A model generated the notes under the pieces. It was not told the origin of the DNA. It ran no database searches and was given only the letters and a program-made list of their open reading frames with translations. A program made the position numbers and the translations under genes. From an uncultured Thermoplasmata archaeon (GTDB lineage: Archaea > Thermoplasmatota > Thermoplasmata > Lutacidiplasmatales > UBA184), in contig CAWJFK010000025.1 in NCBI GenBank assembly GCA_963842165.1, forward strand, positions 125,681 through 189,680: 64,000 bases of DNA. Reading direction: 5' to 3'. Below, one piece after another: positions 10,625 to 21,929 of this stretch (positions are counted from its first letter, which is position 1; the number at the start of each line of letters is the position of its first letter).

Positions 10625-11275
10625 CTAGGAGTACCGCATCCGGCCGCGGATCTCTTTCGCCCGCTGTCGGACGTCCTTCGCGCCGTTCGGGTTCCCTTCG
10701 GCGTACCCCTCGTGGAACGCGCGGATGAGCCCCTCGGCCTTGGCGTGAAGGGCTCTCAGGTCCCCCTCCGCGAGGTGCAGGTCGATCCCGAGCTCTTCGA
10801 CCCCGGGGCTGCGGCTCCCCATCGAGAGGTCGATGAAGGCCGGGGCTCCGCCGGGCCCGTCGGGGAAGAGCACGTTCGAGCTGGTGAGGTCGCCGTGCGA
10901 GATCCCCCCTGCGTGCAGCCGCCCCAGGGAGTTCCCGAAGGACCGGACCGCCGCGGTGACGAGCTCCGGGGCGATCTCGGTGTTCTCGAGGATCTCCTTG
11001 AGCGTCGGCCCGGGCAGCTCCTCCAGGATGAGGCGGTGGCGGGGAAGGTCGATGTCGTAGAGGATCGGGGTACGGACGCCGAGTCGGCGTGCGTCGACGA
11101 GGAGACGGGCTTCCGTCCGGGTACGTTCTCGACGCAATCGGTCGTCGAGAGCCTTGGGGCGGTAGGCCTTCACGTCCCGCTCCTTCGCGAGCGCGGGAAA
11201 TCCCCACCAGTCGACCTTGCGGAGGGCCGCCTCGGCGCCCCGGGCGATGGGGGGCGTCTCCGGGGGATCGGCCAC
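10625..11275 (-). CDS. bud32: KEOPS complex kinase Bud32
   Basis: 216 aa: ...IARGAEAALRKVDWWGFPALAKERDVKAYRPKALDDRLRRERTRTEARLL...HGDLTSSNVLF... Confidence 0.8.
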   Translation of the reverse strand: MADPPETPPIARGAEAALRKVDWWGFPALAKERDVKAYRPKALDDRLRRERTRTEARLLVDARRLGVRTPILYDIDLPRHRLILEELPGPTLKEILENTEIAPELVTAAVRSFGNSLGRLHAGGISHGDLTSSNVLFPDGPGGAPAFIDLSMGSRSPGVEELGIDLHLAEGDLRALHAKAEGLIRAFHEGYAEGNPNGAKDVRQRAKEIRGRMRYS

Positions 11276-11288
11276 GGGGATCCGCTCC

Positions 11289-12164
11289 TCAGTGGGGGGA
11301 CTGGCTCGCCGCGTGGCGGACGATCGCCTCGCGCGCGAGGCGCGCCGCGAGCGCGCTCGTGTTGCCCGTGTCGTAGTGGGGGCTAACCTCCATGATGTCC
11401 ATCCCCACCAGGCGCGGGGCGGCCTGCCCGATGACGTACTTCACGTCGCGGGGGGTCAGACCGAACGGTTCGGGCGTACCGGTCCCGCCGGCGTAGGCGG
11501 GGTCGATGGCGTCGATGTCGAGCGAGATGTACAGCCGGTCGGTTCGCAGCATGTTGAGCGCCCGCTGGACCGCTGACTCGATCCCCTCGCGAGCGATCTC
11601 GTGGGCGGTGACGAACGACATTCCGAGCTCCTTGTTGTCGTCCATCTCTTCGGCCGAGACCGAGCGGACCCCCATCACCACGATGTTCCGGGCGCCCACC
11701 TTCTCCAGGATGCGGCGAGAGGAGCATCCGTGGCTGCGCCGGTCCCCGAGGTAGCTCGACCGAAAGTCCATGTGCGCGTCGAGGTAGAGCACACCGAGGC
11801 TCGGGGCTCCGTCCGGGTACGCCTCGACGACCGGCGGTGAACACGCATGATCCCCGCCGAGCACGATCGGGACCTTGCCGGCCCCGTACAGCGGCCGGAT
11901 CTCTTCGCGCAGCGAATTCGCCATGTCCTCCGCGGTCCCGAACTCCTCCGTGTTCCCGAGGTCATGGATCGGAAGGTCGGACAGATCGAGCCCGGTCTCG
12001 AGGTCGTACGACTCGAAGTTCCACGAGTGCTGTCGGATCGAATCGGGTCCGAAGCGGGCTCCGGGGCGGAAGGACGTGGTCCGGTCGAACGGGACGCCCA
12101 CCACAACGTACCGGGAGGCCTCGAGCGAGGCTGATGCATCGGCGAAGGTGGTCGGGCGAATCAC
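11289..12164 (-). CDS. speB: Agmatinase (arginase/ureohydrolase family)
   Basis: Intact 291 aa with Mn-binding motifs GGDHACS, DAHMDF and SLDIDAIDPAYAGGTGTPE. Confidence 0.85.
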   Translation of the reverse strand: MIRPTTFADASASLEASRYVVVGVPFDRTTSFRPGARFGPDSIRQHSWNFESYDLETGLDLSDLPIHDLGNTEEFGTAEDMANSLREEIRPLYGAGKVPIVLGGDHACSPPVVEAYPDGAPSLGVLYLDAHMDFRSSYLGDRRSHGCSSRRILEKVGARNIVVMGVRSVSAEEMDDNKELGMSFVTAHEIAREGIESAVQRALNMLRTDRLYISLDIDAIDPAYAGGTGTPEPFGLTPRDVKYVIGQAAPRLVGMDIMEVSPHYDTGNTSALAARLAREAIVRHAASQSPH

Positions 12165-12198
12165 GGCCGAGGAACGTCGGCCTCGTATATCACGGTGG

Positions 12199-13404
12199 TC
12201 AGGACAGCGGGGGAGCTCCCGCGCCCGCGAGCGGGACTTCAGGGGCCCGTCCCATGAGGCGCGCCCGGATCCCGACCTCCCCGTAGAGGAACTCCATGAC
12301 GGCGAGCGAGAGGATCGTCGTACCGATCGCCATCCAGAACAACCCCGCGTACCCCCAGAACTCGAGGAAGACCGCGCCGATGAGCGGGCCGGCGCTCCAC
12401 ATCGTGGAATTGATGAGCGCGAAGAACCCCAGGTACTCCGCCCGGTGGCCCTCGGGCGCGAGCTCCGCGACGTAGACCTGCATGCCCGGCCCGACGAGCG
12501 AGAGGCCGGCGTTGCGGACGGCCTGGGCCGGTAGGGTCTCGACCCAGCGGGTGGAGAGCATGAACATTCCGTAGGAGAAGAGCGTCAGGACCGTTCCGTA
12601 CCACACCCCCCGGATCGCCCCCCGCCGGTCGATCATTCGGCCGAGGGGCAGGGAGACCAGTGCACCGGTGACGAGTCCGGCGATCGCGACCAGGCCCACC
12701 TCGAGGTCGTTCGCGCCGAGGCTGTACGCAAGGTATCCGTAGAAGGTCGCGACCGCGCCGCTCCCGACGGCACGGATCGAGACCGAGAACGAGAAGAGGG
12801 CCACGGGCGCCATGTCGCGCAGCGGCCGCCGCCGTGGCGTGGGAGCGACCCGGCTCTCCGGGACCAGGAACAAGATGACCGACAGGGTCCCGACCATCAC
12901 GACCACGACGAACGGGAAGAGGACCTGGAGGCCGTACCAGTAGGTCAGGACACCGGCCAGGATGAACCCCACGACGGCGCCCCCGTTCGAGGTCGCGTTG
13001 AGGAGCCCGTACCCTTCTCCCCGTTCGTGGGCCCCGGTGACGTCGGCCACGTACGCGGTATACGCGGGTCCCCCGATTGCGAGCGCGAGCTCAGCCCCGA
13101 CGAACAGGCTCCCCGCGAGCTCCCAACCCGGGGCGAACACGATCGCGAGGAACAGCGGGAACGCCACGGCCTCGCCCAGCAGGAGGAACGGGCGGCGACG
13201 TCCGACGCGGTCCGAGAGGCGGCCGACGAGCGGGCCGATGAGGCTCGCGGGGATGTAGGCGAAGCTCAGGATGGCAAGGGCCACCGGGAGGGAGGCGCCC
13301 TTGATCTCGACCAAGTAGAGCGGAAGGAAGACGATGAACAGCCCTCCCCGGTTGCTGGCCAGCAGGGAGTATAGGGAAAGCGACAGGAGCTCCCGGCGAA
13401 CCAC
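12199..13404 (-). CDS. MFS transporter
   Basis: 401 aa, 12 predicted TM helices, MFS motif ...GRLSDRVGRRRPFLLL. Confidence 0.75.
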   Translation of the reverse strand: MVRRELLSLSLYSLLASNRGGLFIVFLPLYLVEIKGASLPVALAILSFAYIPASLIGPLVGRLSDRVGRRRPFLLLGEAVAFPLFLAIVFAPGWELAGSLFVGAELALAIGGPAYTAYVADVTGAHERGEGYGLLNATSNGGAVVGFILAGVLTYWYGLQVLFPFVVVVMVGTLSVILFLVPESRVAPTPRRRPLRDMAPVALFSFSVSIRAVGSGAVATFYGYLAYSLGANDLEVGLVAIAGLVTGALVSLPLGRMIDRRGAIRGVWYGTVLTLFSYGMFMLSTRWVETLPAQAVRNAGLSLVGPGMQVYVAELAPEGHRAEYLGFFALINSTMWSAGPLIGAVFLEFWGYAGLFWMAIGTTILSLAVMEFLYGEVGIRARLMGRAPEVPLAGAGAPPLS

Positions 13405-13521
13405 ACCGGTCGAACGAGACCGCGTTCTTAGGGTTCTCCCCGCCGGGGGAAGCGGTCCCGAGCCGGCCCGGGGTGCATGAGTTAAGAGAGGGGGACGACC
13501 TCATCGGCTCGGAGAGGGTCG

Positions 13522-14308
13522 ATGCCGGAAAGTGGGCTGGTCGGACGGAAGGGCGAGGAGGACGGCGTCGAGGTCCTGGTCTTGAAAAACCCCCCCGTGA
13601 ACGCGCTCAGCACCGCGCTCCTCGCGGACCTCGACCGTCACGTCTCCGCGATCGAGGCCGACCCCAAGATCCGGGCGGTCATCCTGACGGGCGACGGCCA
13701 GTACTTCAGCGCGGGGGCCGATCTCAAGGAGCTCGCCACCTTCGACCTCGCGAACGCGCCCGACGTCGTTCGCCGAGGCCATGCGCTGTTCGCCCGGATC
13801 GCCGGCCTTCGGCCGCCCGTTCGTCGCAGCGATCAACGGCCTCGCGCTCGGGGGCGGCCTCGAGCTCGCCCTCTCGGCCGACCTGCGCGTCGCGGGGGAA
13901 TCGGCCAAGTTGGGCGCGCCCGAGGTCAGTTATGGCCTCATGCCGGCCTACGGTGGGACGCAGCGACTCCCCCGGGTGGTGGGTCTTCCCAAAGCCAAGG
14001 AACTGATCTTCACCGGCGCGATGATCTCCGCGGCCGAGGCGCTGCGGATCGGTCTCGTCAACAAGACCGTCCCTTCGGGCCAGGAGCTGCGGGCGGCCCG
14101 CGACCTCGCTCACACGATCGCGCAGAAGGCCCCAAAGGCGGTGCAGGCCGCGAAGCAGGCGATCAACGAGGGGATGGCCAAACCCCTCGCCGAGGGGATC
14201 GTGGTCGAGACGAACCTCTTCGCTTCGCAGGTCCTCACCTCGTCCGACCTGGGGGAAGGGCTCCTCGCCTTCGTCGAGCGCCGCCCGCCCAAGTTCCTCG
14301 GAGCCTAG
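13522..14308 (+). CDS. Enoyl-CoA hydratase/isomerase (crotonase), frameshift near 13790
   Basis: MPESGLVGRKGEEDGVEVLVLKNPPVNALS...; the second half in ORF 13781..14308 reads FVAAINGLALGGGLELALSADLRVAGESAKLGAPEVSYGLMPAYGGTQRLPR. Confidence 0.8.
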
Positions 14309-14310
14309 CG

Positions 14311-15505
14311 ATGGCGATCGAATTCTCCTTCACGCCGGACCAGGAGGCGTTCCGAGAAGCAGCCCGCGACTTCCTCCAGAAGGAGGTCGCCCCGGTCGTG
14401 GCCGAGATGGACGAGAAGGAGGAGTTCCCGGCCGCCTCGGTCCGCCGGATGCAGGAGGAGGGGTACTTCGGCATCCCGATCCCCGAGACCTACGGTGGGC
14501 TCGGGCTCGGCAAGGTCGGCTACTGCCTGTTCCTCGAAGAGCTCGGCAAGATCGACGCCGTCGCACGGCGTGATCGTCGGCGCCCACACGTCGCTCGGGA
14601 TGACCCCGCTCCTCTCCTACGGGACCGAGGAGCAGAAGCGACGGTGGCTCACTCCCGCGGCCAAGGGAGACCGGCTCCTTGCGTTCAGCCTGACCGAACC
14701 GGGATCCGGAAGTGATTCCGGGGCCGTGCGGACGGTCGCGGACAAGAAGGGCGACGGGTGGGTCCTCACGGGCAACAAGATCTACGTCTCGAACGGACGC
14801 GAAGCGGGGACCGTCGTTCTCCTGGCCGGCAACGACGTCAAGCTCGGCCCCAACGGTGGGGTCACCGCCTTCCTGGTCGATACCGACAGCGCCGGGTTCA
14901 AGGTCGGCCGGTGCGAGAAGAAGATGGGCCTGCACGGCACGTCGACCGCGGAGCTCATCCTCGACCACGTCGAGCTCGGTCCCGAGTGCGTCCTCGGGGA
15001 AGTGGGCAAGGGGTTCCACGTGGCGATGACCGCGCTCGACGTGGGCCGGGTCTCCCTCGGCGCGGCGTCCCTCGGCGGCATCGAGACGGCCCTCGCCGGC
15101 TCCCTCCAGTTCGCTCAGAACCGGACGCAATTCGGCCTGCCGATCAGCGAGTTCCAGGCGATCCAGTTCAAGCTCGCCGATATGGCGATGCGCGCCCAGG
15201 CGCTCCGGCTGCTCGTCTACCACGCCGCGGCCCACCAGGACCGAATGGGTTCGGACCCGAAGGCGTGGAGCCGGCTCGAGCGGGCCGAGAAGACGCGGGA
15301 GTCCTCGATCGTGAAGTGCCTCGCCTCCGAATGGGCGAGCGAGGTCATCGATGAGGCGCTCCAGATCCACGGTGGTCTCGGGTACATTCGAGGCACTCCG
15401 ATCGAGCGCGCTTACCGGGACGCGCGGATCAGCGAGATCTTCGAAGGGACGAACGAGATCCAGCGGCTCGTGATCTCGCGGGACCTCATCGCCCGGGGCT
15501 GGTAG
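14311..15505 (+). CDS. Acyl-CoA dehydrogenase (frameshift near 14560)
   Basis: MAIEFSFTPDQEAFREAARDFLQKEVAP...; C-terminal part in ORF 14495..15505 ends ...[22 protein letters not shown]. Confidence 0.8.
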
Positions 15506-17221
15506 GGGCGACGGGCGGGGCGGCGTGGGCCGCCGCGAGCGCCTCCTCCTTCAGGACCCGCCGGAGCACCTTCTGCACGCCGGTCCGGGGGAGGCTCGTC
15601 CCGGAACTCGACCGAGCGGGGCGCTTTGAAGTGGGCGATCCGCTCGCGAACGAACGCGATCAGTTCTGCCTCGGTCGGATGCGTCCCGGCTTTCGGCACG
15701 ACGAACGCCTTCACGACCTCGCCCCGCTCGGGGTCCGGGAGCCCGATCGCTGCCGCCTCGGCGACCGCGGGGTGCTGGTAGAGCACCTCCTCGACCTCGC
15801 GGGGGTAGAGCTTCATTCCGGCGACGTTGATCGTGTCCTTCTTCCGGTCGACGATGTAGGCGAACCCGTCGGCGTCGATCCGGGCGATGTCGCCGGTCCG
15901 GAACCACCCGTCGCGCAGCACCATCCGGGTCTCGGCCTCGTTGTGGTAGTAGCCGAGCATCACCTGCGGGCCGTGGACATCGAGCTCGCCGACCTCGCCG
16001 ACCGCGAGGACTCGGGTCCCGGTTTCCGCGTCCACGATCCGCTGGTCGGTATTGGGGACCGGGATCCCGATCGACCCCGCGCGCCGCTCGCCTTCCGTGG
16101 GGTTCACGTGCGTCACCGGCGAGGTCTCGCTGAGGCCGTATCCCTCGATGAGGGTCCCGCCGGTGAGCTCCTCGAACCGGCGGGCGACCTCGACCGGGAG
16201 CGGGGCCGATCCGCTGACGCAGAACTTGATCGAGCGGATGTTGTGCTTCTCGATCCCGGGGGTCTGGTTGAACGCCGCGTAGAGCGCGGGCACGCCCGGG
16301 AACTGGGTCGGGGCGTACCGGTCGATGAGCTTCAGGAGCTCGGGCACGTCGGGGCGCGTCTGGATAACGATCGTCGCGCCGTCCGCGAGGCCCGGCGAAG
16401 AGGGCGACGGTCAGGGCGTAGATGTGGAAGAATGGGATCGAGGCGAGGAGGACCTCCTCGCCCGGCTTCCGCCGCGTGTTCCACGCGTTGATCTGAAGCA
16501 GGTTGGCGAGTAGGTTCCGGTGCGTGAGCATCGCGGCCTTGGGGACCCCGGTCGTACCGCCCGTATACTGGAGCACGGCGACCGTCGTCGACCGGATCGC
16601 CCCGGAACTCCGTGAACGTTCCGCGATAGTGCACGGTCCACGTCCAGGGCCGCACGGTCGGGTCGTGGCGGGGATAGGCGGTCGGCAGCCCCCGGCGGCG
16701 GAGGACGAGGTTAACGAACGGTCGCGTCCAGAACGGATAGAGCTCGCGCAGTCGGGCGACGTAGAGCACCGGCACCGCGACCTCCGACCGCACCTTCTCC
16801 AGGTTCGGGTAGAGGATCTCGAGCGTCACGAGCGCCTTCGGCGGTCGAGTCCTTCAACATCCGGGTGAGGTCCTGGCCGATGTAGAGCGGACTGACCTGC
16901 ACCACGACGGCACCGAGACGGAGGATCCCGAGGAGCGCGACCGGGTAGGCGGGACAGTTGGGGAGGTAGATCGCGACGCGGTCGCCCGGCCCGACGCCCG
17001 TCGCGGGCGAGGGCCGCCGCGAAATGTCCGCTCTCCTCCCAGAGGCGACGGTACGACCATTTCGCACCGTAGTAGACGAGGGCCGTGCGGTCGCCCCACT
17101 CGCGGACGCCCTCCCCGATCACCTCGGGGAGTAGCTTCGATGGGATGTCGAGGGTGGGGGGGACGGAGGGCGGGTATCGCTTCAGCCAGACGCGGTCGCC
17201 GAGGGCGCCGCCGTCCGCCAT
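15487..17221 (-). CDS. Long-chain fatty-acid-CoA ligase (AMP-binding), multiple frameshifts
   Basis: Pieces lie in ORFs 16826..17602 ([21 protein letters not shown]...), 16711..17067, 16332..16829, 15551..16576 ([22 protein letters not shown]) and 15412..16347 (...GEVVKAFVV...VEFRDE). Confidence 0.7.
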
Positions 17222-17651
17222 CTCAGGCAGACCTTCCCGCTTCCGGGGCCTCGGACTCCTCGGGCGAACTGCACCCCGGGCTTGTAGCTGGACACGAAGC
17301 GGACGCGTTCGCCGATCGAGAGCCCGTCCACGGTCTGACCGAGGGCATCCAGCCGGTGATCCGACCGCCGCCGTCGAGCTCGACCACGACGTAGGCGTAC
17401 GGGCGCGTCGTTCAGGAACTCGTCCCCGGGCACGGTAAGCAGGGTGAACGCGACGACCTTGCCCGCGGGGGCGAGCGCATGCTCCTCCAATCCGATGCGG
17501 CCGCATCGGGGGCAGGCGAGCCCCCACGTCGCCGTGATCAGCCGGCGATCTGGGCATCGAAATCCGCGGAGCGGACCCCCTTGCTCGTAGGAGCGGACCC
17601 ACTCCTCGATCGAGTGGGCCGCGGTGGGCAGAACTCGGACGACATGGTCGA
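17182..17651 (-). CDS. DUF35 OB-fold/zinc-ribbon protein (thiolase-associated)
   Basis: ...[55 protein letters not shown]... Located downstream of the thiolase as in archaeal thiolase-DUF35 pairs. Confidence 0.55.
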
Positions 17652-18840
17652 TCCTCCTACCTCCGGGAGAAGATGTGGACCGAGCAGGACCCGCCCGTGG
17701 CTCCGACGTTGTGGGTGAGCGCGGTCTCCGGGTTCGGGGCACCTCGCGACCGTTCGCGCGAGCCCGTTGAACTGCTCGAAGACCTCGACCACCTGGGCGA
17801 CCCCCGTGGCGCTGACCGGGTGACCCTTCGCCTTGAGGCCGCCGGACGGGTTGATCGGGAGCCGCCCGTCCCGCGCGGTGACCCCGTCGGCCGCCGGGCG
17901 AGCCCCCGTGCCTTGCGGGAAGAAGCCGAGGTCCTCGAGCGCGAGCGCTTCGGCGATCGTGAAGCAGTCGTGGACCTCCGACGAAGTCGATGTCCTTCGG
18001 CTCGAGCTGGGCCTGACGGAACGCCTTGGCTCGGCCGCGATCCGGGTCGACGGGAGCCCGAGCAGGTCGGGGCGATCCTGCATCTCGGTGATCGAGCCCG
18101 CCCGGGCCGAGGCGCGGATCGACCAGCGGTTCGGTGACCGCGGCGTCTTCACGAACTCCTTCGCCGCGACGACGACCGGCGGCGGCCCCGTCGGAGAACG
18201 GGCAGCAGTCGTAGAGCCGCAGCGGGGAGGCGATGACGGCGAGAGAGAGGTAGGTCTCCATCGTGATCTCCTTCTGGAAGTGGGCGTGCGGGTTGCGCGC
18301 TCCGTTCGCGTGGTTCTTGATCGCGATCGCGCCGAACATCTCCGGGGTCGTACGGTACCCATCGCGGTACGCGCTCGCGAGGGTCGCGTAGAGGCCCGGA
18401 AAGGTGGCGCCGTTCTTCGTCTCGAACGCGTAGTCCGCCGCGATGGCGAAGTAGCTCGTCGCGGCGAGCGTGTCGAGGTGCGAGAGCTTCTCGGCTCCGA
18501 CGACGAGCGCCGCGTCGACGAACCCGCCTGCGACTTGGACGAACGCCTCGTGCAGGCGCCGCGCTCGAGGACGAGCAGGCCGACTCGATGGTCACGGACG
18601 GCACTTCGGGGATCCCGAGCCCGCCGTTGATGAGCGGGCCCACATGCGCCTGATGTTCGGCGATGCCGAAGCAGTTGGAGACGAAGGTGTACCCGATGTC
18701 CTTGGGCGACAAGCCCGAGGCCTGGATCGCGGCGAGCGAGACCCGGGTGGCCGCTTCGCGGCCGGTTTCTTCATCTTGCCGAAGCGGTTCGATGCCGCCC
18801 CGACGACCCAGGTCTCCCTCACGGTTTCCTCCCGTCGCAA
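17640..18840 (-). CDS. Thiolase (acetyl-CoA C-acyltransferase, SCP-x/archaeal type), frameshifted
   Basis: Fragments: ORF 18149..18712 (...[44 protein letters not shown]), ORF 17182..18339 ([31 protein letters not shown]...), ORF 17538..18362 (...[20 protein letters not shown]...[20 protein letters not shown]). Confidence 0.7.
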
Positions 18841-18864
18841 AGCAGGCGGAAAGGACCCTTAACC

Positions 18865-19161
18865 TTACGCCGGCGTCCCGGTCAGCGACTCGGATCGCGG
18901 GCTCCCTCGATCGCGGGGAGGAGTCGAGCGAAGGCTCGGTCGGCCACGGCCGGTTCGTCGGTCTTGAACAGGATCCGGCCGTTCTGGCTGATCGTCACTT
19001 CGGGGTCGGTCCCGGCGATCAGCATCACGCGAGCGTCCATTACCCGGCCACCCCTCTTTCTCGAGGGCGGCCCGCACCTGGCGGAGGTCGAGCCGGACGG
19101 GCGGGTCGGGAACGGCCTCGAAGCCGCCGCCGCTGGAACACAACTGGAGCCTTCGATACAT
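18865..19161 (-). CDS. Small hypothetical protein (frameshifted)
   Basis: MYRRLQLCSSGGGFEAV... continues in the adjacent frame as ...VMDARVMLIAGTDPEVTISQNGRILFKTDEPAVADRAFARLLPAIEG; no family recognised. Confidence 0.3.
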   Translation of the reverse strand: MYRRLQLCSSGGGFEAVPDPPVRLDLRQVRAALEKEGWPGNGRSRDADRRDRPRSDDQPERPDPVQDRRTGRGRPSLRSTPPRDRGSPRSESLTGTPA

Positions 19162-19296
19162 TTACGCCGACCGTGAGGCAGGGCGGCCTATCTGACCTCT
19201 TCTCCGCGCCGTCTGGGTCGGTTCTACGGGCGCATCCCACCCGGGGCTGCGGCGTGTATGGGAAGAAGGGGTTGGGTTCGATTCCTGAGGACGAAC

Positions 19297-19971
19297 CTAG
19301 TGGGGAAGCGCGGCCCCGCACTTGGCGCAGAACTGGGCTCCCGCGGCGTTGGGGGTGCCGCACGAAGCACAGGTCTTGCCCATGGCGGGGGGCGCGGTGG
19401 GCTGTCCCCACGTCTGCGGCGGGGGAGCTCCCCACTGCGCCTGCTGGGGGGGCGCGCCCATCTGGCCGGGCTGGCCCCACTGTCCCTGGGCTCCCTGGGC
19501 GCGAGCCGCGTTGATCAGGGGGTCGAACTTGAGGTAGGCGATCAGGAGGAGGATTCCGAGGATGATGCCGCCCAGGATGAACCCGAGGATCATCCAGATG
19601 AGCGTAGAGGCCTTCGCCTGCTCATACTGGCGTGCGTTGACCATCGCCTCGAGGCTCTTCATCTTGAGGTAGATGATGACGTCAATGACCCCGAAGATAA
19701 CGAGGATGAGCGGGAGCACCAAGAGGACTCCGAGCCCGCCTGCATAGGCCCCCGTGCAGACCGATCCCACGACGTTGTTACACGCGTTGTACGCCGCGAC
19801 TACTAGGCCCACGTACGCGAGGCCCCCCAGGAACAGGAGAATCCCAAAGATGATCGCAAGGATTCTCACGATGTGGTACATCGATTTGATCGACTGCGCC
19901 TCTGGCGGCTCATAGGTGTAAGGTGCGTTCAATTTGCCCACCGTGCCGTAGCCAACGGCGGCAGTCAGCAT
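19297..19971 (-). CDS. Membrane protein with Gln/Gly/Pro-rich linker and C-terminal zinc ribbon
   Basis: 224 aa with 4 TM helices, a QGAQGQWGQPGQMGAPPQQAQWG linker, and C-terminal ...CASCGTPNAAGAQFCAKCGAALPH. Confidence 0.55.
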   Translation of the reverse strand: MLTAAVGYGTVGKLNAPYTYEPPEAQSIKSMYHIVRILAIIFGILLFLGGLAYVGLVVAAYNACNNVVGSVCTGAYAGGLGVLLVLPLILVIFGVIDVIIYLKMKSLEAMVNARQYEQAKASTLIWMILGFILGGIILGILLLIAYLKFDPLINAARAQGAQGQWGQPGQMGAPPQQAQWGAPPPQTWGQPTAPPAMGKTCASCGTPNAAGAQFCAKCGAALPH

Positions 19972-20125
19972 TCGCCTACATGAACCTGCCTACCTACGCG
20001 GCCCGCGCCTCCCGCCTGCCCCATCCCACAAGAAGGGGCCTGAATCCACCACCCGCCCTACGTTCCGGAGTTCTGCACTCACCTACGAGGGGGAGGTGCG
20101 TGGGGCCAATCCCCGCCCTACTCGG

Positions 20126-20752
20126 CTAGAGGATGACGGCCTTCCGGACGCAGTCGTCGATCATCTGCTCGACGTCGATCCGCTCCTCCTCTCGGAGGAT
20201 CTGGACGAGGTTCGAGCGCGTCGCGGGCTTGTCCGGCACCGCCTGGCAGCACACTCCCGGGCGCGTCGAGATCTCGTAGGTCCCGATCGACTTCGCGACC
20301 ACCTCGATCTCGGACTTGTCAAAACCGATCAGCGGGCGCACGATCGGAAGGGAGACCGAAGCGGTCGCGCTCCGCATGTTGGAGAGCGTCTGGGAGGCGA
20401 CCTGGCCGAGAGCCTCCCCGGTGACGAGGAACGTGGCCCCCTCGCGCTGGGCGATCCGCTCGGCCGACCGCCACATGAACCGCCGGCAGAGCACGCACCC
20501 CACGTGCCGATCGGTCTCCCGCATCAGGGTGACCTGAGTCGACCCGTGCGGGACGACGTAGAGGGGGATGGGCTGGTGGTACCGCTCCCGGAGCACCGTG
20601 AGGTGATCGACGACCTTCGACAGCGGGGAATCGTCCGTGAAAGGGCGATTGTCCATGTGGACGGCGAGCAGCTCGTGGCCCTGCCGCAGCAGGTAGTGCA
20701 TCGCCACCGGGGAGTCGATCCCCCCGCTCATGAGCATCACGCCGCGCGACAT
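20126..20752 (-). CDS. thiI: ThiI-like PP-loop ATP pyrophosphatase (tRNA 4-thiouridine/thiamine sulfurtransferase family, short form)
   Basis: Intact 208 aa with PP-loop SGGIDSPVA. Confidence 0.65.
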   Translation of the reverse strand: MSRGVMLMSGGIDSPVAMHYLLRQGHELLAVHMDNRPFTDDSPLSKVVDHLTVLRERYHQPIPLYVVPHGSTQVTLMRETDRHVGCVLCRRFMWRSAERIAQREGATFLVTGEALGQVASQTLSNMRSATASVSLPIVRPLIGFDKSEIEVVAKSIGTYEISTRPGVCCQAVPDKPATRSNLVQILREEERIDVEQMIDDCVRKAVIL

Positions 20753-20877
20753 GGTCGGCAGAAGAGCCGCCCTCCCCTATTTAGGGACGCCCCCCCGGCG
20801 GCATCGCCCCCCTCGTCCCTCTCCGAAACTCGGGATTCGACCACGAAACTAATAGGCGCGGGCGATTCGGCGGGCCG

Positions 20878-21709
20878 ATGGCCCCCGAAGCGGCAGAACC
20901 AGTCGAACTTTCGTTCCGGGAGGAGGGGTCGGGCCCGCCGATCGTCTTCCTGCACGGTCTCGGCGGCGACCGCCTCCTCTGGAACGCGGTGGTACCAGAG
21001 CTGGCCGGAGAGTTCCACGTGATCGTGCCCAATCTGCGGGGTCACGGAGATACTGGGCTGCCCGACGGCTCGACCCTTTCGTTCGACGAGCTGGAACGCG
21101 ATGTCCTCGCGTTCCTCGACCGTCGGGCGCTCTCCTCGGTCCATTGGGTGGGGTTCAGCGCCGGAGGCTTCCTCGCGTTGCGGTTGGCGCTCGACCATCC
21201 CGAGCGCTCTCGCAGCCTGACGATCGTGAGCGGGGCCGCGTACCTGTGACGCGCACCAGCGCGCGATGATGGAGCGGTGGTGGGGCGCGTATGAAAAGGA
21301 CGGCCCGGATGCGTTCGCCCTCCGCCTGCTCAAGGACTTGTACTACCCGGATTGGATCGAGGCGCATCTCGAGGTCGCCGACATGGTGAGGGAGGGGGTC
21401 GTGGATCGCGACTTCACGGCGGCCCGAGCGTGGGGGAAGGCGATCACCACCTTCGACGAGAAGAACCGGATCGCCTCGCTGAAGCTGCCGACCCTCTTGG
21501 TGCAGGCGATGGACGATGCGGTGGTCGACGCCTCTCACGGCCGCATCCTCCGACAGACCATCCCCGGCGCCCAGATCCGCATCCTGGTCCAGACCGGTCA
21601 CATGGTGCCGGTCGAGCGCCCGAAGGAGCTCGCCGAATCGATCCGAACGCTCGTTCGGAAGGCGGAGTCCCCCGCCGCCCCCTCCGGTGACCCGCCCGGG
21701 ACTCCCTAG
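20878..21709 (+). CDS. Alpha/beta-fold hydrolase (interrupted near 21250)
   Basis: ORF 20878..21249 reads PIVFLHGLGGDRLLWNAV...HWVGFSAGGFLAL (nucleophile elbow); the cap/C-terminal half lies in ORF 21266..21709. Confidence 0.65.
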
Positions 21710-21752
21710 ACCATCGTACGAGGTTATCTGCGGTCCCGCGATTCGGATACCG

Positions 21753-21929
21753 ATGGCCGGTTCCGACCCCACCCTGATGGCCCGCATCGCGGCCCTGGAG
21801 GGGCTCGTCCGCGACCTGACGGTTCGCGTCGCCGCCCTCGAAGCCGTGATCAAGAATTCGCCCCGGGTCGAGCATCCCCTCGACCGGGATACGGTCCGCG
21901 AGAAGGTCTCGTACGACTGGCAGAAGTGA
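21753..21929 (+). CDS. Small coiled-coil hypothetical protein
   Basis: MAGSDPTLMARIAALEGLVRDLTVRVAALEAVIKNSPRVEHPLDRDTVREKVSYDWQK (within ORF 21516..21929). Confidence 0.3.
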   Translation: MAGSDPTLMARIAALEGLVRDLTVRVAALEAVIKNSPRVEHPLDRDTVREKVSYDWQK

